A DNA stretch of 64,000 bases from an uncultured Chloroflexia bacterium. Its GTDB lineage: Bacteria > Chloroflexota > Dehalococcoidia > Dehalococcoidales > Fen-1064. Below the pieces are notes generated by a model. The model saw only the letters and a program-made list of their open reading frames with translations. It had not been told where the DNA came from and did not search any database. The stretch's first letter is position 1; each line of letters opens with the position of its first letter. Position numbers and translations under genes: made by a program. The stretch covers positions 1,410 through 65,409 of the forward strand of contig CAVYZP010000040.1 in assembly GCA_963772985.1 (NCBI GenBank). The letters are read 5' to 3'. Of the stretch, positions 32,295 through 40,818 are shown in pieces.

Positions 32295-32746
32295 AAACGG
32301 TTACAGTCAAAGCAAGTGATGTAAAAAGAGAATGGCACACAATTGATGCCTCGGATGAGGTATTAGGCAAGCTGGCCACCCGCGCCGCCAATTTGCTGAT
32401 GGGCAAACACAAACCTTTATTTGCCCGTAATGCGGATGTCGGCGATTTCGTTATCGTGACCAATGCCGCCAAAATCCAGGTTACCGGCAACAAAACAGCG
32501 CAGAAAATGTACCACAGCCATTCTGGTTATCCCGGCGGGTTGAAAACCGTCAGTCTGGAAAAACTGATGGAGACCTATCCGGAAAGGGTCATTGAGCATG
32601 CGGTAAAGGGCATGTTGCCCAAGAATCATCTGAATGCTAAAATGATGAAGCGGCTCAGGGTTTTTAAGGGCGAAGCTTCCAAGTCGCTGGGGAAAGCGAA
32701 AGCACCCGCGGCGGTCAAAGCGGAAGCGGAACCAAAGAAAGAATAA
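32291..32746 (+). CDS. rplM: 50S ribosomal protein L13
   Basis: uL13 translation with a short Ala/Lys/Glu tail. Confidence 0.95.
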   Translation: MKTVTVKASDVKREWHTIDASDEVLGKLATRAANLLMGKHKPLFARNADVGDFVIVTNAAKIQVTGNKTAQKMYHSHSGYPGGLKTVSLEKLMETYPERVIEHAVKGMLPKNHLNAKMMKRLRVFKGEASKSLGKAKAPAAVKAEAEPKKE

Positions 32747-32782
32747 TTTTTAATTTGTCTTCAGAGATAAAGGGAGGTTTCC

Positions 32783-33178
32783 TTGGAGGATCAGGCTTAT
32801 TTTTACGGGACGGGAAGACGCAAGACGGCAATAGCCCGTGTCAAGATAATGCCGGGGAGAGGGGCGATTGTCATCAACGGCATACCTTATGAAGAGCTGT
32901 TGACTCGCATCGAACACCGCAGCATGGTGACCAAGCCGTTAATCGTTACCGAGAATCTCGGCAAATTTAATGTGGTGGTTACTACTGTCGGCGGCGGCAC
33001 TGCCGGACAGGCCGGGGCGATTTGTATGGGTATTGCCCGCGCGCTGTTGAAGGCGAATGCGGAGAATCGGCTCAAGCTTAAACGGAATGGTCTGCTCACC
33101 CGCGACCCGCGCGCCAAAGAGCGGAAGAAAGCCGGTTTGAGAAAAGCCCGCAAGGCGCCGCAATATACCAAGCGTTAA
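32783..33178 (+). CDS. rpsI: 30S ribosomal protein S9
   Basis: uS9 (…GTGRRKTAIARV…APQYTKR at the C-terminus). TTG start. Confidence 0.95.
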   Translation: MEDQAYFYGTGRRKTAIARVKIMPGRGAIVINGIPYEELLTRIEHRSMVTKPLIVTENLGKFNVVVTTVGGGTAGQAGAICMGIARALLKANAENRLKLKRNGLLTRDPRAKERKKAGLRKARKAPQYTKR

Positions 33179-33207
33179 ACTACTCCCGATATTTGATGAT
33201 ATTTTGC

Positions 33208-33245
33208 AGATTCTCACTGGCAACAGTGAGAATCTGTTGTTCTAT
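33208..33245 (+). terminator. intrinsic terminator closing the ribosomal supercluster
   Basis: Perfect 13-bp stem cagattctcactg (33208-33220) / cagtgagaatctg (33225-33237), GCAA loop, then ttgttct. Confidence 0.6.
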
Positions 33246-33267
33246 CGACCTTTTGGGAGGGCTGTAA

Positions 33268-33732
33268 ATGTTGAACCGCTCTTCTCCAATCAACCTGAAA
33301 CCTATCGGTGTGGTGCACAGCGATTTTAAAGAGCCGACCTCCGCCCGTCTGGATTTAAAAAAAATCAATGCTGAAATCGAAATTAATTCCGAACTGACTG
33401 AAGCGCTCGATGGGCTGGAAGAGTTCTCCCATATCATCGTCCTGTACTGGATGCACCGCGCCGTTTTCGACAAAGACAATCTGAAAACGTATCCCATGGG
33501 CAATCAAAGCGTGCCTTTACAGGGCCTGTTCGCTGTCCGCACACCCAAACGCCCGAACCCCATCGGCAAATCTACCGTACGGCTTTTATCACATCGGGAC
33601 AATATCCTTCGGGTACAGGGCCTGGATGCGATTGACGGCTCCCTGGTTTTGGATATTAAACCGTACATCCCCGGCTATGATTCTGCTGCCGGCGCCACTG
33701 TTCCGGATTGGGTTAAAATTGAAGAGTACTGA
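33268..33732 (+). CDS. trmO: tRNA (m6t6A37) methyltransferase TrmO/TsaA family (UPF0066)
   Basis: 154 aa. L.PIGVVHS..., ...FSHIIVLYWMH..., ...RTPKRPNPIG...LDIKPY are typical of YaeB/TsaA. Confidence 0.75.
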   Translation: MLNRSSPINLKPIGVVHSDFKEPTSARLDLKKINAEIEINSELTEALDGLEEFSHIIVLYWMHRAVFDKDNLKTYPMGNQSVPLQGLFAVRTPKRPNPIGKSTVRLLSHRDNILRVQGLDAIDGSLVLDIKPYIPGYDSAAGATVPDWVKIEEY

Positions 33733-34379
33733 AAAGACATTACTTCAGATTTATTATCGGTTATTTGAGTGCTATGGTCCGCAGCACTGGTGGCCGGGGG
33801 AAAATCCGTTCGAAGTCATGGTGGGTGCGATTCTGACACAATCTACCGCCTGGCAAAATGTGGAAAAAGCCATTATGAATCTCAAAATCGCCGGTGCAAT
33901 GTCTCCCGCCGCTTTACGGGGAATCCCCACTCCGGAGCTTGCACAGCTCATCCGCCCGTCGGGATACTACAATGCCAAGGCCCGAAAGCTGCAGACCCTT
34001 GTACGCTGGTTAAGCGCAGTTTGCGGGGATAACCTGAATGAACTCTTTACTCGTAATACCGGGGAGTTACGGTTGCAGCTGTTGGCGGTCCACGGCATCG
34101 GCCCCGAAACCGCTGATTCCATCCTGTTATATGCGGCTGATAAACCGGTCTTTGTCGTCGATTCGTACACCCGACGCATTTTCAGGTGTGTGGGTTTATG
34201 GCCTGAAGAAGATACGTATGACGCCTGGCAAGTATTTTTCATGAAAAACCTACCGCTCGATGGCGAAACTTTTCAATGAGTATCATGCTTTGCTGGTCCG
34301 TCACGGCAAAGAAACCTGCCGCAAACACCCGGTCTGTGATAACTGCTGCCTGGTTGATATCTGCCGTGCTCGCCGGTGA
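33719..34379 (+). pseudogene. endonuclease III-related HhH-GPD protein carrying a frameshift before its Fe-S cluster loop
   Basis: TTG 33719. HhH-GPD core (…GAILTQSTAWQNVEKA…HGIGPETADSILLYA…) stops at 34279. The +1 frame from 34263 continues AKLFNEYHALLVRHGKETCRKHPVCDNCCLVDICRARR, with its stop at 34379. Confidence 0.7.
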
Positions 34380-34463
34380 ACCCCGCAAACTGATGAAAAG
34401 AAAACTGTTCTGTCATCCTGCATATGTGTTAGAATGTTAGTGTAATAATTAAAGGAAATTAAG

Positions 34464-35420
34464 ATGGCTGTATCCGCGAGTAGTCCGGAAAAAAAGCAAT
34501 TAAACATTAAGACCATCACTTTCGGCGACTTGACCTGGGTGGATATCACCGACCCCACCGAAGACATTACTAAATATCTTACCGAGAAATATAATTTCCA
34601 CCCGATGGATATCGAGGATGCGTTAAGCCTCCGGCAGCTTTCTAAAGTTGAAGAATATCCCACTTATATCTTCGCCATTTTCCACCTTTTAAAATATAAC
34701 AAAGCTACCAAAGTCAGCATCCGGAAACAGTGGTCCGCGTTTCTCGGCGATAAATATCTGGTGACGCTGCATCCTATCGAACTGACTGCTCTGGATGAAT
34801 TTTTCCATGAATGCGAATTGAATGAAGACGACCGGAATGAATATTTCAGCCAGGGTTCCGGTTACCTGCTTTATCAGATACTGGACCGGGCGCTGGATTC
34901 TTATTTCCCGGTGCTCGATAAAATCATGAACTTGACGGATGCCATCGAAGATAATGTCTTCAATGTCGGCATCGAGGCGGCCCAGGAGTTAAGCTCGTTA
35001 AGAAGGGACATTATCACCCAGCGCCGCGTGATGTTCCCCACCCGTACCTTATTGACCGAGCTGGAAAAGAAAATCAAACGCTTCAGCAAAATCGATTTAA
35101 CCGTTTATTTCAGCGACCTGATGGACCATATGAATAAAATTTGTGAAACGCTGGATGAAACCACCGATATCATCGAAGTTTATAAAGACGCGGATTATCT
35201 GTTAAGTAGCTACCGTGCCAACCGCGGCATCCGCGTGCTGGAAGTAATGCTGGCGATACTGCTGCCCCTGGTGATGGTCTTCGGCCTTTACGGCATGTAT
35301 ATTACGTTCTTCGGCACGGTCAGTAAAGGCAGCACCGGCATCTATCTGATACTAATCGCGGTTTTTGTGATTTTCTCCGGCGCGTTAATTTCTTTCCTGC
35401 GCCGCAAACATCTGATTTAA
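34464..35420 (+). CDS. CorA-superfamily divalent cation transporter (non-canonical GMY signature)
   Basis: 318 aa with a CorA-like cytoplasmic domain and two C-terminal TM helices. The loop motif reads YGMY (35289-35300) instead of YGMN. Confidence 0.7.
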   Translation: MAVSASSPEKKQLNIKTITFGDLTWVDITDPTEDITKYLTEKYNFHPMDIEDALSLRQLSKVEEYPTYIFAIFHLLKYNKATKVSIRKQWSAFLGDKYLVTLHPIELTALDEFFHECELNEDDRNEYFSQGSGYLLYQILDRALDSYFPVLDKIMNLTDAIEDNVFNVGIEAAQELSSLRRDIITQRRVMFPTRTLLTELEKKIKRFSKIDLTVYFSDLMDHMNKICETLDETTDIIEVYKDADYLLSSYRANRGIRVLEVMLAILLPLVMVFGLYGMYITFFGTVSKGSTGIYLILIAVFVIFSGALISFLRRKHLI

Positions 35421-35445
35421 ACTCAACAGATTTTTTTTGCTTGAT

Positions 35446-35484
35446 AAAAAGAAGGCCTGCTCATTGAGCAGGCCTTTTTTTTTC
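35446..35484. terminator. bidirectional intrinsic terminator shared by the convergent corA-like and mgtA genes
   Basis: Stem aggcctgct (35453-35461) / agcaggcct (35467-35475), flanked by AAAAA upstream and a T9 run downstream. Confidence 0.65.
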
Positions 35485-35521
35485 GACTGTTTTCCCGTGC
35501 GGTTTTATCTAAATCCGTTTT

Positions 35522-38107
35522 TCACGGAACGTGGGTAACAAATTTCACCGGCTCGCTATTATGCTTATAAAACCAGATTTTCATCATTTCTACCAGGAAG
35601 AGATAGACCACGATAAAGCCTACCAGCAGCAGCAGGAAGCTCACCGGCAGAGGCACGAAATTGAAAATCTTGCCCAGCGGCGTATATGGAATCAGTAGCG
35701 CTAATGCGAGAATTCCGGTGATATTAATCGTCAGCCATTTGTTTGGTTTACTCGCGAAGAAAGGTATCGTTCGCGTGCGTATGACGAAGATGACCAGAGT
35801 TTGTGTGAACAGCGATTCTACAAACCATGCAGTCTGGAATAAAGACGGGTTGGAATAGGCGTGGAAGAATATAATCATTACACCGAAGGTAGCAAAATCG
35901 AAAATCGAACTGATCGGGCCGAAGGCAATCATATAATTCCGGATGAATGAAGTGCGCAATCGCTGCGGTTTTTGCACATAAGTCTCATCTACGTTATCGA
36001 TGGGCAGCGCCAGCTGCGCGAACGAATAAAGTAAATTATTCAGTAATAACTGTATAGGAATCATCGGCAGGAACGGTAAAAACACCGATGCCCCTGCCGC
36101 GCTAAACATGTTCCCGAAATTGGAACTGATGGCCATCTGGATGTATTTTATTGTATTGCCAAAGGTTTTACGGCCTTCAATCACACCGTCGGTAATGACT
36201 TTTAAATCATTTTTCATCAGGATGATATCCGCCGATTCTTTGGCGATATCCACGGCATTCATCACCGAAATGCTGACATCAGCCACTTTCATCGATGGCG
36301 TGTCATTGATTCCGTCGCCTATATACCCCACCACATGCCCGTTGGCCTTTAATGCAGTCATAATCCGGTTTTTCTGGGCCGGATTAACGCGGGTGAAGAT
36401 ATCCGCTTTTTCTACAATTCTGGCCAGGGCTAAGTCATCGATATTTTCAATTTCACTGCTCTGCACGATGTTAATCGGTTCGATTTCATTGGTGCGTGTA
36501 ACTGTGCCGGTTTGCGCGTCGAACTTCCGGCCGCGGCGGTATTGGTAAACCTGAAATCCGAGCTGGTCGCAGACTTTACCGGCGACAATTTCATTGTCAC
36601 CCGTCAGTATCTTGAGTTTGATACCGGCCTTTCTCAATAGTTCCAGAGATTCTCCGGCCGTTTCTTTAATCGGATCCGTGAATGCGATAAACCCGATAAA
36701 AGTCATGTTGTTTTCATCGGTCACGGCATAAGCTGTTTTGGCCTCGGCTTTGCGGTAAGCGACGCCCAGGACGCGGAATCCCTGATTGCTTAGTGCCCGG
36801 TATTCCTTGTCGATCAGTTTTTTACTTTCGGGGGTAAGGTCATGAACTTCGCCGCCCAATTCATATTGCGTCGCGATTTTTACGACTTCTTCGGGAGCGC
36901 CTTTGGTAACAATTATATTTTCCTGATTATTTTTAACCACTACTGAAAGTCTTTTCCGAATGAAATCAAACGGTATTTCATCGACTTTCTGGTACTGGTC
37001 GGTGTTTACTTCCTCGTGCTTCAGGATAGCCTCGTCCATCGGGCTGCGCAGCCCGGTCTGGAAGCGGCTGTTGAGTATAGATAAGAGGAAGACCTGATCT
37101 GATTCTTTGTCTTCTAAATCAACGTGCCGGATAACTTCTACCCTGTTTTCGGTTAACGTGCCGGTTTTATCTGAACACAAAACGTCCATACTGCCGAAAT
37201 TCTGAATGGCGGCTAACCGCTTGACGATGACGCCTTTCTTTGCCATGGCCGTGGCCCCGCGGGACAGATTAATGGAAAGGATGACGGGCAGCAGCCCCGG
37301 CGTTAAACCGACGGCCAGCGCCACAGAAAAAAGCAGCGATTCCATGATGGTATGCTTTTGGTTGTTAAATACACCGTTGATGAAGAATACCGCGATAATC
37401 AGGATAAACGTTACCTGCATGATCAAATAACCGAATTTTCTCAACCCCGTTTCAAATTCGGTTTCCGGTTTTCTTTCTGCGTTTTTCTTGGCGATTTCCC
37501 CGTATTCGGTAGCGCTGCCGGTTTTCACAATTACGGCGGTCGCCGAACCGGCCGTTACGGAAGTGCCCATGAACAGGTAGTTATTCCACTTCGTGCTGTC
37601 GGTTTTTTCGGTAATCGGGTCGGTTGTTTTTTCCACCGGAAATGATTCCCCGGTTAAAGCCGACTGATCGATAAAAAAGTCTTTGGCGGCTATAATTCGG
37701 GCATCTGCCGGGGCAATATCGCCGGCGGTCAACTGGATGACATCGCCGGGTACTAACCCTGAGATGGCCATGTCTTGTTTGACCCCGTCTCTAGTGACCG
37801 TGGCTGTCGTGGCCACTCTTTTCGCCAGGGCCTCGGCGGCTTTCCCCGCCCGGTATTCCTGGGTAAAGTCCAGGATGACACTGACAAGGACGATGATTAA
37901 AATAATCGCTGCGGTCACGCTAGGGTCACCTAAAAAGCCTGAAGCGATTGCGGAAATAATCAAAATGAGTGTCACCGGACTTCGGAAGTGCATTAAAAAT
38001 TCAACAATACCGGAACGTTTTTTGCCGCGCGCGACTTCGTTCGTGCCGTACGTTTCCAGTCGTTTGGCTGCTTCTTCGCTGCTGAGCCCGGTCGCGGAAG
38101 TTTCCAT
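35522..38107 (-). CDS. mgtA: magnesium-translocating P-type ATPase (MgtA-like)
   Basis: 861 aa. DKTGTLT phosphorylation site, TGES, and GDGINDTPSMKVADVSISV as in MgtA/MgtB-type pumps. Confidence 0.8.
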   Translation of the reverse strand: METSATGLSSEEAAKRLETYGTNEVARGKKRSGIVEFLMHFRSPVTLILIISAIASGFLGDPSVTAAIILIIVLVSVILDFTQEYRAGKAAEALAKRVATTATVTRDGVKQDMAISGLVPGDVIQLTAGDIAPADARIIAAKDFFIDQSALTGESFPVEKTTDPITEKTDSTKWNNYLFMGTSVTAGSATAVIVKTGSATEYGEIAKKNAERKPETEFETGLRKFGYLIMQVTFILIIAVFFINGVFNNQKHTIMESLLFSVALAVGLTPGLLPVILSINLSRGATAMAKKGVIVKRLAAIQNFGSMDVLCSDKTGTLTENRVEVIRHVDLEDKESDQVFLLSILNSRFQTGLRSPMDEAILKHEEVNTDQYQKVDEIPFDFIRKRLSVVVKNNQENIIVTKGAPEEVVKIATQYELGGEVHDLTPESKKLIDKEYRALSNQGFRVLGVAYRKAEAKTAYAVTDENNMTFIGFIAFTDPIKETAGESLELLRKAGIKLKILTGDNEIVAGKVCDQLGFQVYQYRRGRKFDAQTGTVTRTNEIEPINIVQSSEIENIDDLALARIVEKADIFTRVNPAQKNRIMTALKANGHVVGYIGDGINDTPSMKVADVSISVMNAVDIAKESADIILMKNDLKVITDGVIEGRKTFGNTIKYIQMAISSNFGNMFSAAGASVFLPFLPMIPIQLLLNNLLYSFAQLALPIDNVDETYVQKPQRLRTSFIRNYMIAFGPISSIFDFATFGVMIIFFHAYSNPSLFQTAWFVESLFTQTLVIFVIRTRTIPFFASKPNKWLTINITGILALALLIPYTPLGKIFNFVPLPVSFLLLLVGFIVVYLFLVEMMKIWFYKHNSEPVKFVTHVP

Positions 38108-38419
38108 TTTAGTCAGGAATTCATCGGTTGAGAAGCGTCAGCATTTCTGCGGCATTGATTGCTTCCGGGGTGTTTGCCAGTTGCTGTTTATTCCTGTTTG
38201 TTTGCCATTATCCGACTCTTTTCATTGATGTTATTTTTAGCTTCTTTTTATTCGTATATTCTAGTTTAATCCTTTATTCTTGCTTGAAACAACCTTTTTT
38301 TAGAAATATTTTTAGTACCGGAATTTAGTGAAAAATTTAGCTCCGTCGCAGATTCATTTCTGTCGGGTTTTATGATAACTGAACTAACTGCTATAATTAG
38401 CACACGGTAAGGGATAAAA

Positions 38420-38966
38420 ATGCAGGATGCTATTGTTCATTCTCCGGAATCGAAAAATACCCGAATATTTCTCGGGTTGGGCTCAAATATGGGCGACCGT
38501 CAACATCAACTGGTGGCGGCGTTGAAAGCACTTTCGCGAAAAAATCAAAGTAGAAGCTGTATCTTCCATATATGATACAAAGCCGGTGGGAAATACGCGG
38601 CAGGGCCGTTTTTTAAACCAGGTATGTGCCGCGGCCACTTCGTTCACGCCGGCGGAACTGTTAATTTTTATTAAAGAAATCGAAAAAAAGATGGGCAGAA
38701 CGCCCGGACCGGTCAACAGCCCCCGGCCGATTGATATTGACATCCTTTTCTATGATGACCAGGTAATCGAATTGCCTGGGCTGGTTATTCCCCATCCGCG
38801 GTTAACGGAAAGGGCCTTCGTACTGGTGCCGTTCGCTGAAATTGCGCCGGATTTTGTTCATCCCGCGACCGGGAAAACAATCGGCCAAACATTAGCGGAT
38901 TTGAAAGTTGATACCGGAGATGTTGTGAAATATTCGAACGTGCGAGGTGAAAAATGTACGAAATAA
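38420..38966 (+). pseudogene. folK: 2-amino-4-hydroxy-6-hydroxymethyldihydropteridine diphosphokinase, frameshifted in an A6 run
   Basis: ATG 38420 gives ...RIFLGLGSNMGDRQHQLVAALKALSRK, and that frame stops at 38575. The +1 frame from 38541 gives KIKVEAVSSIYDTKPVGNTRQGRFLNQ...PRPIDIDIL...PHPRLTERAFVLVPFAEIAP, the HPPK motifs. Confidence 0.8.
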
Positions 38967-39326
38967 GCGTGGAAATGGATTTTGACGCGGCGCATGCGTT
39001 GCGTGGTTATCAGGGCAAATGTGAAAAGTTACACGGTCACCGGTTCAAGGTTGTAGCCAGTTGTCAAAGGCAATAAACTGAATGAAATCGGCCTGGCCTA
39101 TGATTTCACTTTACTGAAGAAACAGCTGGGAGAAATCTTGGCTGATTACGACCATACCAATTTGAACGATACCGCGCCGTTTAACCGGATTAACCCTTCA
39201 TCGGAAAATATTGCCGTCGCAATTTATCAAAAACTGCAGGAAAAATTGGTGGGGGTGCCGGTTGCCATTGACAGCATCGAAGTGTGGGAATCACCCCAGA
39301 ATCGCGTGAGATATTACCCTGATTAG
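38954..39326 (+). pseudogene. queD: 6-carboxytetrahydropterin synthase / 6-pyruvoyl-tetrahydropterin synthase family, frameshifted
   Basis: MYEISVEMDFDAAHALRGYQGKCEKLHGHRFKVVAS, then a stop at 39074-39076. The +1 frame from 39063 continues VKGNKLNEIGLAYDFTLLKKQL...DHTNLND...SENIAVAIY... Confidence 0.75.
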
Positions 39327-39506
39327 CTTCTTCTTTGTCTGCGGCAAAAGATTGGGGATGGTATCCACAATCGGATATCGGACATTACATTTGCCGCAGA
39401 ATAGAAAACCGGAAACTATTTCCTTTTCGTTTTCTTTCTCGATGGTGAGCGTCAGCTTCCCTTTGCAAACCGGGCAGACCAGAATGTTCATTAAGTCTTT
39501 TTTCAT
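39291..39506 (-). CDS. Trm112-family small zinc-ribbon protein
   Basis: ATG 39506 gives MKKDLMNILVCPVCKGKL...CGKCNVRYPIVDTIPNLL. Its 3' end overlaps the queD 3' end by 36 nt. Confidence 0.6.
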   Translation of the reverse strand: MKKDLMNILVCPVCKGKLTLTIEKENEKEIVSGFLFCGKCNVRYPIVDTIPNLLPQTKKKLIRVISHAILG

Positions 39507-39572
39507 AAGTATTAAAAAGTATAACATAAAAAGAGACATTTTTACACGCGCCGTGGTTTATAATGGTAAAAG

Positions 39573-40813
39573 ATGATTCCAATAATTGTTCTCGCGGTTG
39601 TTTTTGTTCTGATTATTGTCCGGCGGGTTGGTAAGTTCCGCTTTCAAATCTGGCAAATCATGGCCGCCGGCGCTATTGCCGTACTCGCGGCGCTGCAAAT
39701 CTCGCCGCTGAATGCCATCAAGGCCGTCAATCTGGATGTCATCTTTTTTCTCTTCGGCATGTTTATTGTCGGTGAAGCGCTGGTCTACAGCGGTTACCTG
39801 TCCTACCTCTCCTACCGGCTTTTCCACCGGGCAAAATCGCTGGACAGCCTGGTGCTCTTTATTTTATTCGGGGTCGGCATCATGGCGGCCTTTTTGATGA
39901 ACGACACGCTGGCGATTATCGGCACGCCGGTGGTGCTGCTGCTGGCCGGCAAAGCGAAAACTTCCCCCAAAATACTGCTGCTGGCGCTGGCTTTCGCGGT
40001 GACCATCGGCAGTGTTGCCAGCCCAATTGGCAACCCCCAGAACCTGCTTATTGCCATCAACGGCAATTCGCCAACCCCTTTATTGCGTTCTTCCGCTACC
40101 TGCTCTTGCCGACGCTGATAAATTTGTTGCTGGCGTATTTTTTATTGCGTCTTTTCTACCGCAAACAATTTGACCGTCAGACAATAACCGACAGTCCGGA
40201 GCCGATAAAAGACCCCCGATTAGCGCGGCTTTGCCGCATTTCTCTAGTGCTGCTGGGGATATTAATTATTGCTAAAATTATCACCGTCTTTGCGGGCTGG
40301 AAAATTGATTTCCGGTTGACCTATATCGCGCTGGCGGCGGCGCTGCCGGTGGTTCTGTTCAGCCCGAAAAGATTCACGATTATCCGTAAAATTGATTGGA
40401 CTACGCTGGTTTTCTTCGCCTCGATGTTTATCCTGATGGCTGCCGTCTGGAATTCCGGCGTTTTTCAGCATGTCATCAATTCGACGACGCTGAAGCTGAA
40501 CTCATTGCCGGTGATTATGGGCGTCAGCGTGGTTTTAAGCCAGTTTATCTCCAATGTCCCGCTGGTGGCGCTGTATCTGCCGATGCTGCTGAAAATGGGT
40601 GTGACCAATGCAGGGCTGATGGCGCTGGCGGCGGGCAGCACCATTGCCGGCAACCTTTCCATCCTGGGCGCGGCCAGTAATGTCATTATTATCCAGAACG
40701 CCGAACAGAGGTCGGGGGAAACACTGACTTTTTGGGAATTTGTCCGCATCGGCGTACCGTTAACGGCCGTCAATGTTTTAGTCTACTTGGTGTTCTTTAC
40801 GGTTATCCGGTAA
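39573..40813 (+). pseudogene. ArsB/NhaD-superfamily (citrate-transporter-like) permease split by a -1 frameshift
   Basis: ORF 39573-40118 ends ...SPIGNPQNLLIAINGNS then out-of-frame residues. The frame 2 register from 40067 reads FANPFIAFFRYLLLPTLINLL... and continues as ORF 40106-40813. Joined length is about 413 aa. Confidence 0.7.
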
Positions 40814-40818
40814 GCAAA

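Noticed and set aside
38108-38419. M-box riboswitch or mgtL-like leader peptide upstream of mgtA
   Set aside because: The region is AT-rich with no recognisable M-box core. The only small ORF (MANKQE) lacks an SD and any Pro-rich feature. An apparent alternative N-terminal frame (…AEMLTLLNR) is closed by stops and is probably coincidental.
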